A stretch of 64,000 nt of DNA from Macrostomum lignano (lineage: Eukaryota), in NCBI GenBank assembly GCA_002269645.1, contig NIVC01001811.1:434001-498000 (forward strand), in the 5' to 3' direction. Below the pieces are notes generated by a model. It did no database searches. It had not been told where the DNA came from and was given only the letters and a program-made list of their open reading frames with translations. Positions 27,957 to 39,453 of the stretch are shown here, in pieces (position 1 is the stretch's first letter; each line of letters opens with the position of its first letter). The translations under genes were made by a program, and so were the position numbers.

Positions 27957-29514
27957 TTACTCAAAAAAGAATTCCACTACGTTGCTGGAACCGTTGGCTA
28001 CTATCCTCTTCTTCTTAGCCGGACCGGCAATTCGCAAATCGCAGGCGCCACTCGAAAATTGCTTGGCCGGTGCCTCAGTTGCGGTTGGATGTTTGTCGCT
28101 ACAGCCTCCCAGTGCTGGTGGCGCACGATCGGCGAGAGACTCGGTCAGCTGGCTGCTCAACTTGGCAAGAATGCTGTCTCTCTTTTTTCCCTGTCTGATG
28201 TACCGCTCCACTGAGGCGCTCGCCTGTTTCAAATATTTAAGAAGGATGCAAGAGAGAGTAGATAGAAAAAATCTCAAATATTTAAAGCATTTAATTATGC
28301 GGCTTATGATAGACAAGAAAATACAGAAAAAAGCACGTAGAAATTACCTTGTGTCCAGTCACCTTGGCGATAGTCTCTGTCGAATATCCAGCTTCGTGGA
28401 GCTCAGTGACTACAGTGGGTCGAACACAGTGCGCCGTATAGCTTCTCGACAGCCCGGCACTGGAAGATATCCGCTTAAGCATTGGTCCAAGCGTGTTGAT
28501 TCCGATTGCCTGTTTCGTATACCACAGGCCATTCGAGCCAACCAGCTGCTTCGGTCGCAGAAAAAAGTCCGAACCGTTCCATCCAGGCACTGCTTCGATC
28601 TTCCGCAAATACATGCGAAAGGCTTCAACGGGACACGATTTCTGATCGGACCCGGCCACCATGATCGCTTGCTTTGGGTCGTTGCTCTGCCTCAAATCCG
28701 TTGATCCATGGACAGTTTTACTGGTTCCAACTTGAAGCACAATGGCCACTCGTCCCTCAGCCAGACGCTTCTCAGAAAACGACTTTGCAGTCAGTCCTCT
28801 GAGCCAATCGCGGCCCCGGTTACCGAAATAATATAGAATACTGAAATACACTTTATCCTGAAGTTTGGTTGGACTGCTCCGATCGAAGTAGGTGTGCAGT
28901 TTAGACAGGTCGTCCGTTTCAATGGCCGAGAAATGATTGATTCTTCCTCCAAGACGCGGGAATTCGTTACAGGCATGTTTCAATGTCAGATTGACCGAAT
29001 GGAATTGCGGCAGAGAGATAATGTCCAAAGAGCGAAGCCTCATAAAGTGCCGATAAAGTCCGGCACGCATTCCCAACATTGTGTTGGGTGAATAGGATGA
29101 GCCGTCAGGCTTCTTTAGAGCGGCGTAAAAATAACGAAGAAATTTCGCAAGCTGCTCAGGAGTCACGGTCTCAAAGTCAAGGTGAATGTTGTTCTCCCGC
29201 AAAAAATCTTGAAACCGAAGACACGAAGCTTTCTCCTTGGCAACGCTTGACTCGCACTGATTTTCTCGTTCCAGCTTAGCGGCCAAGCTTTCAAGTTCAT
29301 CGATGTTGCACAAAGAATTCGGATCCACAGACATCTGCTCGTCCAAAAGTTTGCTTGTAACTCCTTCTTGCGAACAAGTGAGCTTGGTGATCTCGCGTTC
29401 GAATTTGCTGCTTACCGACTCGATAAACGTCTCCTCGGCGGACAATCCACAAACAGTCGCATACTGCATGTCGATTAGTGGAGCCGCCAAGTTTGAATTA
29501 ATTACACTCGCCAT
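27957..29514 (-). CDS. Crypton-type (DUF3504-like) tyrosine recombinase, two exons, about 477 aa, apparently intact
   Basis: Exon 1 29514-28348 (ATG GCG; 389 codons); GT-AG phase-0 intron 28347-28224 (124 bp); exon 2 28223-27957. Motifs: LAKFLRYFY...DGSSYSPNTM...RAGLYRH; catalytic R (FGNRGR), K (GTSKT), HCVR, TGHK and, across the splice, ASASVERY; also SCPVEAF, WYTKQAIGINTL, AGLSRSYT. An additional upstream exon cannot be excluded. Confidence 0.88.
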
Positions 29515-29952
29515 TTTTAAAAGCACGAACTTAAAAAGCAATTCTAAAGCTAAACTTTTTTCTTCCCAGTCTAATTTCTTGCGTGCAGGAATGACATTTT
29601 TTATTTATGAGCTGGTTACTTCGACATAGCCGCTGTCGAATAGATGGAATACTCTCCAAAAATAATCAGTGAAGGGGGAGAATGGCTCTAATAAGAATGA
29701 AATTCATGAACGCTTACTCGTGCGTCTGTGGCCAAAACACTCGTGCGCGAAGAATTATACATTGATGCACTCATAGCCATTGTCGGCTGATTTTCCATGC
29801 AGGAATGGCATTCTTGCACTGTTTTGCGTGCAGGAATGGATGTCTATGGTAAAATCTCACTGAAAAAGCATTAGGCGCAGAAATGCATTCCTGCACTGTT
29901 TTGTGCATTCCTGCACGATGAATAATCCGACAATGGGATTCCTTCACGTTCA

Positions 29953-30368
29953 CTCGTGCGTGAAGGACATCGTGAACTCGTGCGTGAAGGACATCGTGAA
30001 CTCGTGCGTGAAGGACATCGTGAACTCGTGCGTGAAGGACATCGTGAACTCGTGCGTGAAGGACATCGTGAACTCGTGCGTGAAGGACATCGTGAACTCG
30101 TGCGTGAAGGACATCGTGAACTCGTGCGTGAAGGACATCGTGAACTCGTGCGTGAAGGACATCGTGAACTCGTGCGTGAAGGACATCGTGAACTCGTGCG
30201 TGAAGGACATCGTGAACTCGTGCGTGAAGGACATCGTGAACTCGTGCGTGAAGGACATCGTGAACTCGTGCGTGAAGGACATCGTGAACTCGTGCGTGAA
30301 GGACATCGTGAACTCGTGCGTGAAGGACATCGTGAACTCGTGCGTGAAGGACATCGTGAACTCGTGCG
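29953..30368. repeat. Perfect 24-bp minisatellite (CTCGTGCGTGAAGGACATCGTGAA) x17
   Basis: 17 identical units from 29953 to 30360 plus a partial. Confidence 0.98.
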
Positions 30369-31139
30369 CTAGCGCGCACTCGTGCAGATGTCATTCCCGC
30401 ACTCGTGACCGTGCAGGAATCATTCATTCTCTACTACATCATTGCTAGTGGGACAAATTAACAAATAATGAACTAACACTTCATTATTTAGGCTTTAGGA
30501 ATCGTGCTACGATTATACCGGTACGAAACGCTCTAAATAGATCGTACACAACACGCACTAAATTAAAACGGCCCAATTGGGGGCCAATACACGCAAAAAT
30601 ACACAGAGAAAGTAGGAAATGATACGATTATTGTCATTTTAGTGCGTGTACACTAGGCCTTGGGCCTCCTTTGCAAACGATGACTTGTACAGCATGCAAG
30701 TAGTATACTGTATAGTAAATAATAATAATTTATTAACGATCTCTGTTCTTTTCTTGATCATCCAGATTCCAAACCATCGTAGCCGAGCGCATCTGGTCGA
30801 AGATGTGATGCAACAAAGCCTCGTGTTGGTAGAGATCTTTCAGATAAGTCAAACAATCCATGGGGAGACTTTACACCCTTAAAAGGGCATAGTCTTATGG
30901 CAAGGTGGGTGGCAAATCAGTAGCCAACATTAGGGAACAACGAAGTCACATCAAAGCTTGAAAGGACTGTGACCGCTTAAAGCCATTCAGGGCTTTAGGT
31001 TGAGTTGGACCTCAGAGTTAAACGGGACCGAGAATTCAAACCGAACCATCTGGGATACATGGTTTTATGCTACAGATAAATGACTTGCAACTTGATCAGC
31101 GGCCGTGAAGAAAGCTAATGAAAATTATTTGTTAAATTA

Positions 31140-31400
31140 TTCTGATGGAACACTGCATTACTGCCCATTAAGCAGACCCCTAAGCAGGCCCACATAGAAG
31201 TGTACAGCGGCCCTTACTTTATTTATCGTTCGGCATGTACACTTAGACTGTGCCTTGGGGGTTGGCCTTCAAGAGCGATAATTGCAGCCAAGCCGAGATT
31301 CCAATTGAGCCCCAAAACTAATGTGGCGGCTGCACTTGGAATCGAGCCTGGAGCGCCGGTAAATAAGAGCGCCGCGCTTAGACCACTGGGCTACGGCACC
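31140..31400 (-). mobile_element. tRNA-derived SINE
   Basis: Minus-strand head GGTGCCGTAGCCCAGTGGTCTAAG... with A-box TAGCCCAGTGG and B-box-like GGCTCGATTCC (31328-31400). Stems do not pair as a true tRNA; 3' boundary approximate. Confidence 0.6.
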
Positions 31401-32633
31401 CATTCCCCAACCTTAACAACAGGTTATTATAAATGTGGCCAGGACCACACACACTTACACAAATAGCGAGCTGGCTCGCTTCCCATGCATTTGAATATTT
31501 GCCCTGAGTTCACAAACATGTACCGTATGTTATTATTTTTACTATTTTTAACCGTTGACTACTTAAGTAGCATTATTACCTGAATTGCATGTAGCTGCAT
31601 TTTTCGCCAATTAGATAAATATTAATCCTTAAGGAGCGGTCTACTTCGACTAATGGCTTTTTCTAAGAAACTAATTACTTCCGTGAAGGGGATTATGCAG
31701 AGATGCGCGAGTGATCAATTAATTACCTGCAGGTCACAGTCGGCTTAGAAGATTATCTACGCGACAAGGAAATAATAGAAATTAGATAATTTGCTAATCC
31801 CCGCTCGCGTCAATGCGTGCTCAAGCATATTTCGAGCTGCAACAGCGTGCCACGGAAGATATTGCAGGGCAAAATTTTTTTTGTAATTTTCAAGACAAGG
31901 ACTGAGGCCTGCTTGACCATGGCCTCGTGTCAAAACAACACGTGCAAATGCTTCAAAAACAAGGCTGATAAAAAAACTGTAAACTATAATCAATTATACT
32001 GTACACCCGATCCAAGTTTCGCTTCGCGGTACATTAGGAGAATATGAACTTTTTAATGTTTTATTTTAGCACTCAAATTTTCGATTTTAATCTTCTAAAC
32101 TTCCATGGCTTTATTGCACGTAACTTTGGGTTGTTCGGTTAGATATTGAGCTCGCAAGTTTGTTAAGAAAACGTTTAAAAAACATTTTACATAGAATACA
32201 GTCGTACTTTTTAATCGGCAAATATCTGATTTTTGCATAGCACTGAATGGGGTTTTGCCAGAGACAAATTCAGCGCACCCGGAACAAAGCATCATTCTTG
32301 CTTCATAGGAAATTGGAAGTCCTTGAAATGGACTGGAACGTCTATGGCTAGACCACAGTATCGTTTGCATTGAGCGGATTCCCTCGGATCAGAATGCAAT
32401 CGAGCCAATATACGAGAGTAAACTTTATTGATGTATGCTCTATGTTATTTTCCTCGTTTCAGGGGATAAATTTAAATTGGGTTTCAGATGCACGATATTT
32501 TAACAGTGCCAAATCTAATAAAAATACCCCGTGATACCTTCTTAACTTAATTTTCCTAGTACAACTAGTTTTTGGCGAAGTAAAATTTATTTTAGTACGA
32601 TACTACTATATTACTATCGTTAAATTGTGTGTA

Positions 32634-33984
32634 CTTCGGCTGTCCGGAAAGTCGCGAGAATGTATTTTAAAAACCAGTCAGAACTATCAAAAAACACGAT
32701 AACAGCACTAGTTGGTAATGTAATCTCCCCTTGCATTGATTACAGCTTGGCAATGGTCAACGAGTCGCTGAACCTCTCTTTTTAAACAATCTTCGTCAAG
32801 GCCTCTTGCCCACTGCAACGCAGCTTCTCGAACTTCATTGTGGTCGCTGAATACTCGCCTGGAGAAATCATTCTTCATCCAACTGAACAAAAAACGGTCG
32901 CACAGATTGAAGTCTGGGCTGTAGGGACTCTGAAACACCAGCTGAACTCCACGGGACTCCATGTACTGCTGCACAGAACGGGCTACGTGAGGTCGCGCAT
33001 TGTCCCACTGCCAAAGAACATCCGACAGGTGAATTGGCTTTGACCTCAGAGTACGCCATAGGTCTCCCGTGTGCCGAATGAATTCAACTATGCCATCTGC
33101 ATCAACAGTTTGCTTCGGGGCTGTGGATTTAATGGAGAAGCGCTTGCTTGGAGTGAAAGCAACCAGAAGCATTGTCTTTGCATTCCCGACCGAGTGCCTG
33201 ACAACCTGGGGCCGATATCTCCTTGGCCAAGCCAGCACCTGTTGTTTTGCTTTGTGCCAGTGTTGTTCAGGTACACCCACGTCTCATCTTCCACCACGTA
33301 CTTGTCGCAAAAGTTTTCCACCCCCTCGTTGTAAAAAAGCCTGCGGATTTGCTTGGCACAATTGATGCGAGCAGTCTTGTTCTCCTCGGATAGAGCATGA
33401 GGAACCCAGACGGCAGAAACGTTTCGAAGGTGCAAATCCTCGGTCAAAATTTCGTGCACTGTTGTTTTACCAACTTCCAAAAAGTCAGCGAGGTCTCGGA
33501 CACCAACTTTTGAATCCTCTTCAACGAGAGCTCGGCAGGTTTCGATCAGTTCCGTTGTCCTTGTTGACCGTGGCCGGCCAGTCCGAGGAGCTGAGGCCAG
33601 GGGAAATGCTTTATCACGGAACTTTGAGTACCATCTATAAACCGTTGACTGACCTGGTGCGGCATCTCCATAAACTTTAAGTAGTTCGTCATAACAACTA
33701 ATAGCAGAGATTCCAAGACGGTATCTAGCGTAGGCATAAGCCTGGAAATCTTCCATTTTGACGAACTCGCTATTAAAATTTTCAAGCTTGATCACCGCGT
33801 TGCATTGGTTATTGAGCACTTTATGCTGAGCTCGCCCCTGCCCCCAATTTTGCTGCTAGAACAACAAAAACTTTCACTATAGACATATATAAGTCTATTA
33901 TTGAAATTTTATGTGTGCCATGTCATCAGCTTGCTGCTTTCTTGCTTGACTGACACATTCTCACGACTTTCCGGACAGGCGAAG
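32634..33984 (-). mobile_element. Full-length mariner element (1351 bp), D,D34D transposase with one frameshift
   Basis: 30-bp TIRs (28/30 identical) CTTCG[G/C]CTGTCCGGAAAGTCG[C/T]GAGAATGT; TA at 32632-32633 and 33985-33986. ORFs 33088-33819 and 32708-33280 join near 33215. Motifs WVPHAL, EDETW, WDNARPH, then 34 residues to D in SPDFNLCDRFLF. Confidence 0.96.
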
Positions 33985-34166
33985 TATTATTACGGTAAAT
34001 TCAAAGAAAGTGAAATATCAATAAAGTCTATCAATAAATAATTTCGTCAGATTGTATTTATATTTGATTGACATCTTTGCATTGCCTGGAACTTTTTCCC
34101 TGGTTTCTCAAAACGCTCTTTAGGTACACAGCGACTGAGGTTTGCCAAATTTTCTTCTTCTTTTGG

Positions 34167-34415
34167 TCAACCAAATCGAGGATCGGGCAGCCATCGAGGC
34201 CGTTGCCCCAGCCTCCCGCTCCATCGCATCCGACCCTCCGGATTGGGGTCGGGCAGCGGCCACCTGTACGACAGTTGAGAGGAGCGCAGAAAGTTGCCGT
34301 AAAATCGTTTACGAAGTTGCTGCAGCTGGTCATCCGGCGGGTCATCGGCTGGAGCCGCCGCAGCCGTGGCAGTCAGGACGACCAGAACGACGCTCGCTAA
34401 AGTGAGCGGTGACAT
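34167..34415 (-). CDS. Putative secreted neuropeptide precursor ending PRF-G (RFamide-like), 82 aa
   Basis: Signal peptide MSPLTLASVVLVVLTATAAA, acidic spacer, RKR cleavage site, internal G-R sites, C-terminal ...RPRWLPDPRFG-stop. Splice acceptor TTGCAG directly before G-ATG; candidate GTGAGT donors at 34501 and 34468. Confidence 0.62.
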   Translation of the reverse strand: MSPLTLASVVLVVLTATAAAAPADDPPDDQLQQLRKRFYGNFLRSSQLSYRWPLPDPNPEGRMRWSGRLGQRPRWLPDPRFG

Positions 34416-35046
34416 CCTGCAAATCGCGAGACAAGGATGTTACGACACTTTTACACTGCAATACTCACTGGCACAGGGCTAAGCACTTTAAATTGACTCA
34501 CCTTAGTAAGTCAGTGTTTTGACAGGTTAAGTAACTCAATTTTTCTTTTTCGTTCAGCTCGAAGTCAATTCTAGAAATTTCTAGCGGTGGCAAGTTTTCT
34601 CTGCACTAGCCGATATTTATAAATATTCCACCAGCCAATGGCCGCATCATTGAAGCTTGGCGCTTCCTCATTCGCTGGATTTAAAAAAAAACCGGCTATA
34701 TTTTACATGCATTGCCGAGTTCATGCTTGTCATAACCTATTTTTCAAGTCGACTCACAATCTTGTCTCTTGTATTTGAAGAATCGCCAATGCAATTCTTT
34801 GATATTGCCGCCAAAAGTTATAATCAAAGATAAGCTACGAATATTATCGAATACGAATATCGATAAGCTACAGATTAAGTGAATTCTTTAGTTCTAGCAA
34901 AAGTTTAAATTATTTTTTAGCTATCGAAAGTTTCTTCACGGAGAACTATTATAATAAAGCAGAAAAAGGCCACACTGGATGATTCGTGAAGATTTCGTTG
35001 GAGGCCGCGGTTATCACTGCAAAACGCATTGGCGAGTTTTCATTTT

Positions 35047-36480
35047 TTAGCGATAGTTTCCCACTATCTCACCTTCCGGACTTCCGAATTCCAAATGAAG
35101 CAAGTTTGAGGTGCACTCACAAGCTAAACTAGCTATTCTTTTGTAAACTGCTATCGCAGACCTGCAAGCAAGCAAAATTCGAGCGAACTTTCTAGAATGT
35201 TTTTTTCGATCGACTTTGTCTGTGGCAAAACCGCATTTAGCGCTGTGCAAAAATCTGTGCAATTTCTGTAATTGGAAACCACAACTGTCTTTCAAGCGTT
35301 GTGTCCTGGTGGTAATGGTGACCAAGTCTGCCGCATTTGCTGCATCGATTCTTTCGATGGGGAGAGTTTCTTGTCCAATGATTTCTGAAAGTATCCAGAC
35401 TAATTGCTTAGAGTCTTGCTTTGACTTCTGTAAGACTGCTGACAAGGTTGCTTCGCAGACTTGACGTTCTGGATTGCGCCAGTTGACGAAATTGTCTAAC
35501 AATTTTAGGGTGACTCACTTGCTAGGGTGCGTGCGTCCGGCAGGGTCAAGTTGTCTTCCTGGAGCAGTCATGGATGGATCAGACGATTTATGAAGCCAAC
35601 AACAGATCGGTCTCTTGCTGCCTCATCTAAAAATCTGTCGAAGTGACACGTGATAGCCAGCTTCCGTAGACTTGTGAGGAATTCACCGACGGATTCCAGC
35701 TTCCGTAGACTTGTGAGGAATTCACCGACGGATTCCAGCTTCCGTAGACTTGTGAGGAATTCACCGACGGATTCCAGCTTCCGTAGACTTGTGAGGAATT
35801 CACCGACGGATTCCAGCTTCCGTAGACTTGTGAGGAATTCACCGACGGATTCCAGCTTCTGTAGTCCTGCTGTGGAAGTTAAAACAATTGTTAAAATGGT
35901 CCCTAATGGTCCCTAAGTTCCTTGATCAGATTACTTAGGGATCATCATCCTTCAGCAGACAGCAGACTCTTCATCGCTTCATCTGCCCCTTAGTTCACGA
36001 CGAGGTACTGCTTGAGTCTTTCTGAAACTTCCCAGCGTTCCGGCTTGGTGACGTTGAACTCTGCTACTTTGCTTGACGTTATTGTTATGTCTTCTGCTCT
36101 GACCTTCTGGAGCTTCTACATTCAAGTAAGGAAGACTGTGCTTTGTATCTTTAGCATTACAGGCTAAGTCTTTATTGCTCCGCTTGCGCGTGTCCTCTTA
36201 ATATCCATGTCGCAGATACTTTATTAGAAAATAATAAGTTGCACCATAGACAACAAAATTATCCGCTTCACGTCTTTTGAGTCTTTGCCAGAACAGCGCA
36301 GATCATTATCCAATGAAGACTCTTTAGGCTTCCTTGAAGCCAGCAGAATGCTGATAAGTTTAAATGTGTCCTTTCTGCAGACATCGAGGAACACCGCACA
36401 CTTGCTCAATGCGGTCAATGTTTTGCAGCGATTCCTCACTCTCTCTCAAAGCAGCCTTCTCAAAATACATTGAAACTACA
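35047..36480 (-). pseudogene. Possible degenerate multi-exon gene of unknown function
   Basis: Protein-like segments (ORF 35047-35502, a stop-interrupted frame at about 35950-36120, ORF 36224-36439) with some splice-like boundaries; could not be joined into a clean model. Confidence 0.3.
35656..35857. repeat. 39-bp minisatellite x5 (CCAGCTTCCGTAGACTTGTGAGGAATTCACCGACGGATT)
   Basis: Five near-identical tandem units. Confidence 0.96.
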
Positions 36481-36803
36481 TTTAAGTTATTTCCATTTAT
36501 TTATTTCTTTGGTCTGAAGCAAAAGCTGGACTCGTTTCTTGGCCGAGGCGAAGCGAAGCGATGTTGACAGCGTCGGTTTTGAATCACTTTGCTGGAGTGG
36601 AAGCTGTCTTGAGTGACTTGCCATTGGCTCCCGCAACCGACTACGACGAATATAAGCAGAGACTCAACAAAATGATTGCGTCGGTTGCGCCAGAAACTAC
36701 AATAAAGAAGTGTAAGTGGATGGTAGGAATCTTAGGAGTAGGAGTTGATGGGCTAAGGCAGAACATGGACCGAATTTGGTGTTGACTTTTCTATCCGAGA
36801 TAA

Positions 36804-37112
36804 GCAAGCGCGATCTCAACTACGTTCTTAAGTTGGGTCTTAACATACGAAATAATCGCATGTGGAAAGCCATGGAGCCTCTGGAAGGACGAGGAATTCA
36901 AGGAGAGCCGACGTGCGCTGGATGCTTCAATAAAGCTGAGTATCCGTGACGGAAAGGGTAGTGAATTGCGTCGTGCAGGACCTGTTTCATCTGACATCAA
37001 AGAGAAGCTCCGGTCTCAAGGTTGTGTGCTTGGTAGTGATAGTCCACGACAACTGGTGAGTTCTGTTATGTGGAGTGTCGGTGTGGAGTCGTGCGGAAGA
37101 GCAATCGCGTGA
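36804..37112 (+). pseudogene. Second Crypton/DUF3504 tyrosine recombinase remnant (central region)
   Basis: ATG-less frame reads ...GKPWSLWKDEEFKESRRALDASIKLSIRDGKGSELRRAGPVSSDIKEKLRSQGCVLGSDSPRQLVSSVMWSVGV, matching the F..R..LD..MK.....G.G...RA..I....E..L...G.LG...P.QL...V pattern of this family. Confidence 0.65.
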
Positions 37113-38094
37113 TTGTCTACTCTTATTGAGCTGATCTTTTACGACCCTTTGACTCAATTTTTAACCGTCAAGCCGAAAAGGCCGTTCAACGAGTTAAAGG
37201 AATTTTTGTATCTGCATTTTTTCCATCTTAAACAACTTTTCGAGTTAAGAATCGTTAGCCAACTGAGGCATTGCTGCAAGTTTTACTGACTTTGCTGATG
37301 AGCAAGGTTGGCAGCATATTGTAGGACAGTGAAGGAAATAAGTTTTCGCTGCTTTCTATCAGAAATTCTTCTAGTCTAAATGATGAAGGATGTGCAGCCG
37401 TGCGGTCTGGAGCAGAGACTTTTCACAGTCCTACTCGTAGGAAGCCTTCCGTGACGACAAGCGGCAGGATTGACACCCAAAATTTGCACCATGTACTGTG
37501 CAAGACTACGTACTGTTTAAAAACCAGTAAGCTAAATTTGATTCGCGGTTTGTTGGGGTTGTACTTTGGTTTTCACGTTGTTTCACTGTCTCTTTCTCTC
37601 TCTCTCCCTCCCGTGACTGATCATTCTTGCGCGCTATCGTTTTACCCCTACCCGTTTGTACATTTGCGCTTGCCAGTGTGCATGGTTTTACCCCCAGCCA
37701 ATCAGATGGCGTTTGTCTATTAATGTACGTGGTTTCGTGTTATGAAGTCAAATACTTTCGTCACTTCGGTAGAGTTCTTTCAATGGTTTTCTCCTTCGCT
37801 TGCAAACATGACTTGACTCAGTTTTCCTAGACTAACACGGTTTACCTACATGTACATGTAAAATTCCTCCCCAACGGGGGGCAAAGATTGCTAGTCTAAT
37901 GTTCTAACTTTTCAGTGTCTCGGCTCGGCGAGTGGACATACGAAAAGGCGTTCAGCACTTCCGGAAATGAGCCAGTTTACATGGACTTTTGTAGTTTTGC
38001 GTTTCCAAGCGCCTTTTTACTTTCTCTCCGTATCATACGGGGACACTTGCACCCTGTAGTCATAGCAAAGTTTCATTAAAATTGCTTTAAAACT

Positions 38095-38310
38095 GCAGTA
38101 AGTGTATGGGGCGCCCGTGTTGTACAGCAGGAAGGTCTCGACCACCGCCTGTAACAACGCCACTATCTGGCGGGCAGACAGGGCCTCGGACTGCAGGAAC
38201 GCCCTCACTGATCGAAAGACAGTCCAGGTAGGCCCGCGGCGACGCTGCAGATCCTTTCTGCGTCTTCTGCAGCAAGCAATTAGCTTGTCTTCCGCTCCAT
38301 GGCCACTTTT
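38095..38310 (-). pseudogene. Non-LTR retrotransposon (RTE/LINE-like) RT C-terminal fragment
   Basis: WTVFRSVRAFLQSEALSARQIVALLQAVVETFLLYN resembles the W..F..L......L.......LF.A.VE..LLY motif downstream of LINE RT domains; frameshifted upstream. Confidence 0.5.
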
Positions 38311-39453
38311 AGGTTCCGCTTGATGCGTTTATTTTCTGTCCGTTTGTCCTTGCAGCAGCAATCAGCATTTTACTAATTATAATTGCCTGCCGCTGCAGCA
38401 ACAGCACCTGAACACGTGTGAACAACAGCTACTCGTCCCGTGTTTAATTATTGTGACGCATCTGCTAATGAAAAGACGATTAAATCAGCATTGGCCAATT
38501 AAAAATCCATAAAAATCTTTCGTCTTTAAGAAACCCCTGGCTAATCTTGAAAATAATTTTATCGGAAAAATCATGAGCCAATTTTGTTGCACGTCTGCTT
38601 TCTTTGCTAAAGCGTTCAGCAGCTGAGCTCAAGAAAGCAATTTCGAGAATTTGCTCGAAAATTTTTGCAACGCTTTTTGAGAGGCTTTGTAAAAACTTTT
38701 TTGAAGCGTTCTAAAATATTCTGCATGGAAAATTCTAGAATATTATAATCTTTCGTCGGTAACTCTAGAATTTTCATTGAGACAGAAGAGAGGACACAAA
38801 GGGGGAGACAGAACAGAGTAGGCAAAAAAGAAAATAGGTCTACGAGAACTGGTAAGTGAGAAATTGTCTTAAGTTTCTTAATTTCTGTACGGGTTTTGAG
38901 GGAATACTTAATTCCAATGCAAACCTTCTTGACCTAGAATTTTCCTCTGATCAGTCGCATATCAGTTGCTTAGGCAGGTGAAAAGCCATCTTTCCAAGCC
39001 TGTTGTTCACTTTACTAGCTTTTCATCCGATTAACGGAACTTTTGTTTGTTTGAAGGATAGATAGAGATAGAGACTTGTTTAATGCTACTTGAAGTAGCC
39101 ACCCAAGCATTTACACTGTCCCCTTGATATCAGCGAACGTTTTTGCACGTGTATAAGACGAATCGAAAAAATAAACTTGAGTAGGTAATTAACGGATTGA
39201 CTCGCAGAAATCTCGTAGAATATTAAGCGTCTGTTTTTGCAAGGCTAAACTCTTCTTTGATCGTTATTAGAAAGTTGAATAATACTCGTATCATATTTAG
39301 TTAAAGTTGCTCTACTTGGAAAATTACAAACAGTTTTTCATTAGACTAATGACTCTGCCTTTGAAGAAGCTTTGCAAGTTCCGTTTCTCGACAGCCTAAA
39401 AATTTGCTTGCCCATGCCACATTCATAAGAAGTCCTTCCCGGCGACCCCTTTG

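Noticed and set aside
29953-30368. CRISPR-like regular array (also 11063-11549, 35656-35857, 60983-62026)
   Set aside because: Units are contiguous with no unique spacers, there are no cas genes, and the context is eukaryotic; these are minisatellites.
31328-31400. Functional tRNA gene (also 62312-62386)
   Set aside because: Acceptor and anticodon stems do not pair and SINE-like bodies follow; treated as SINE heads.
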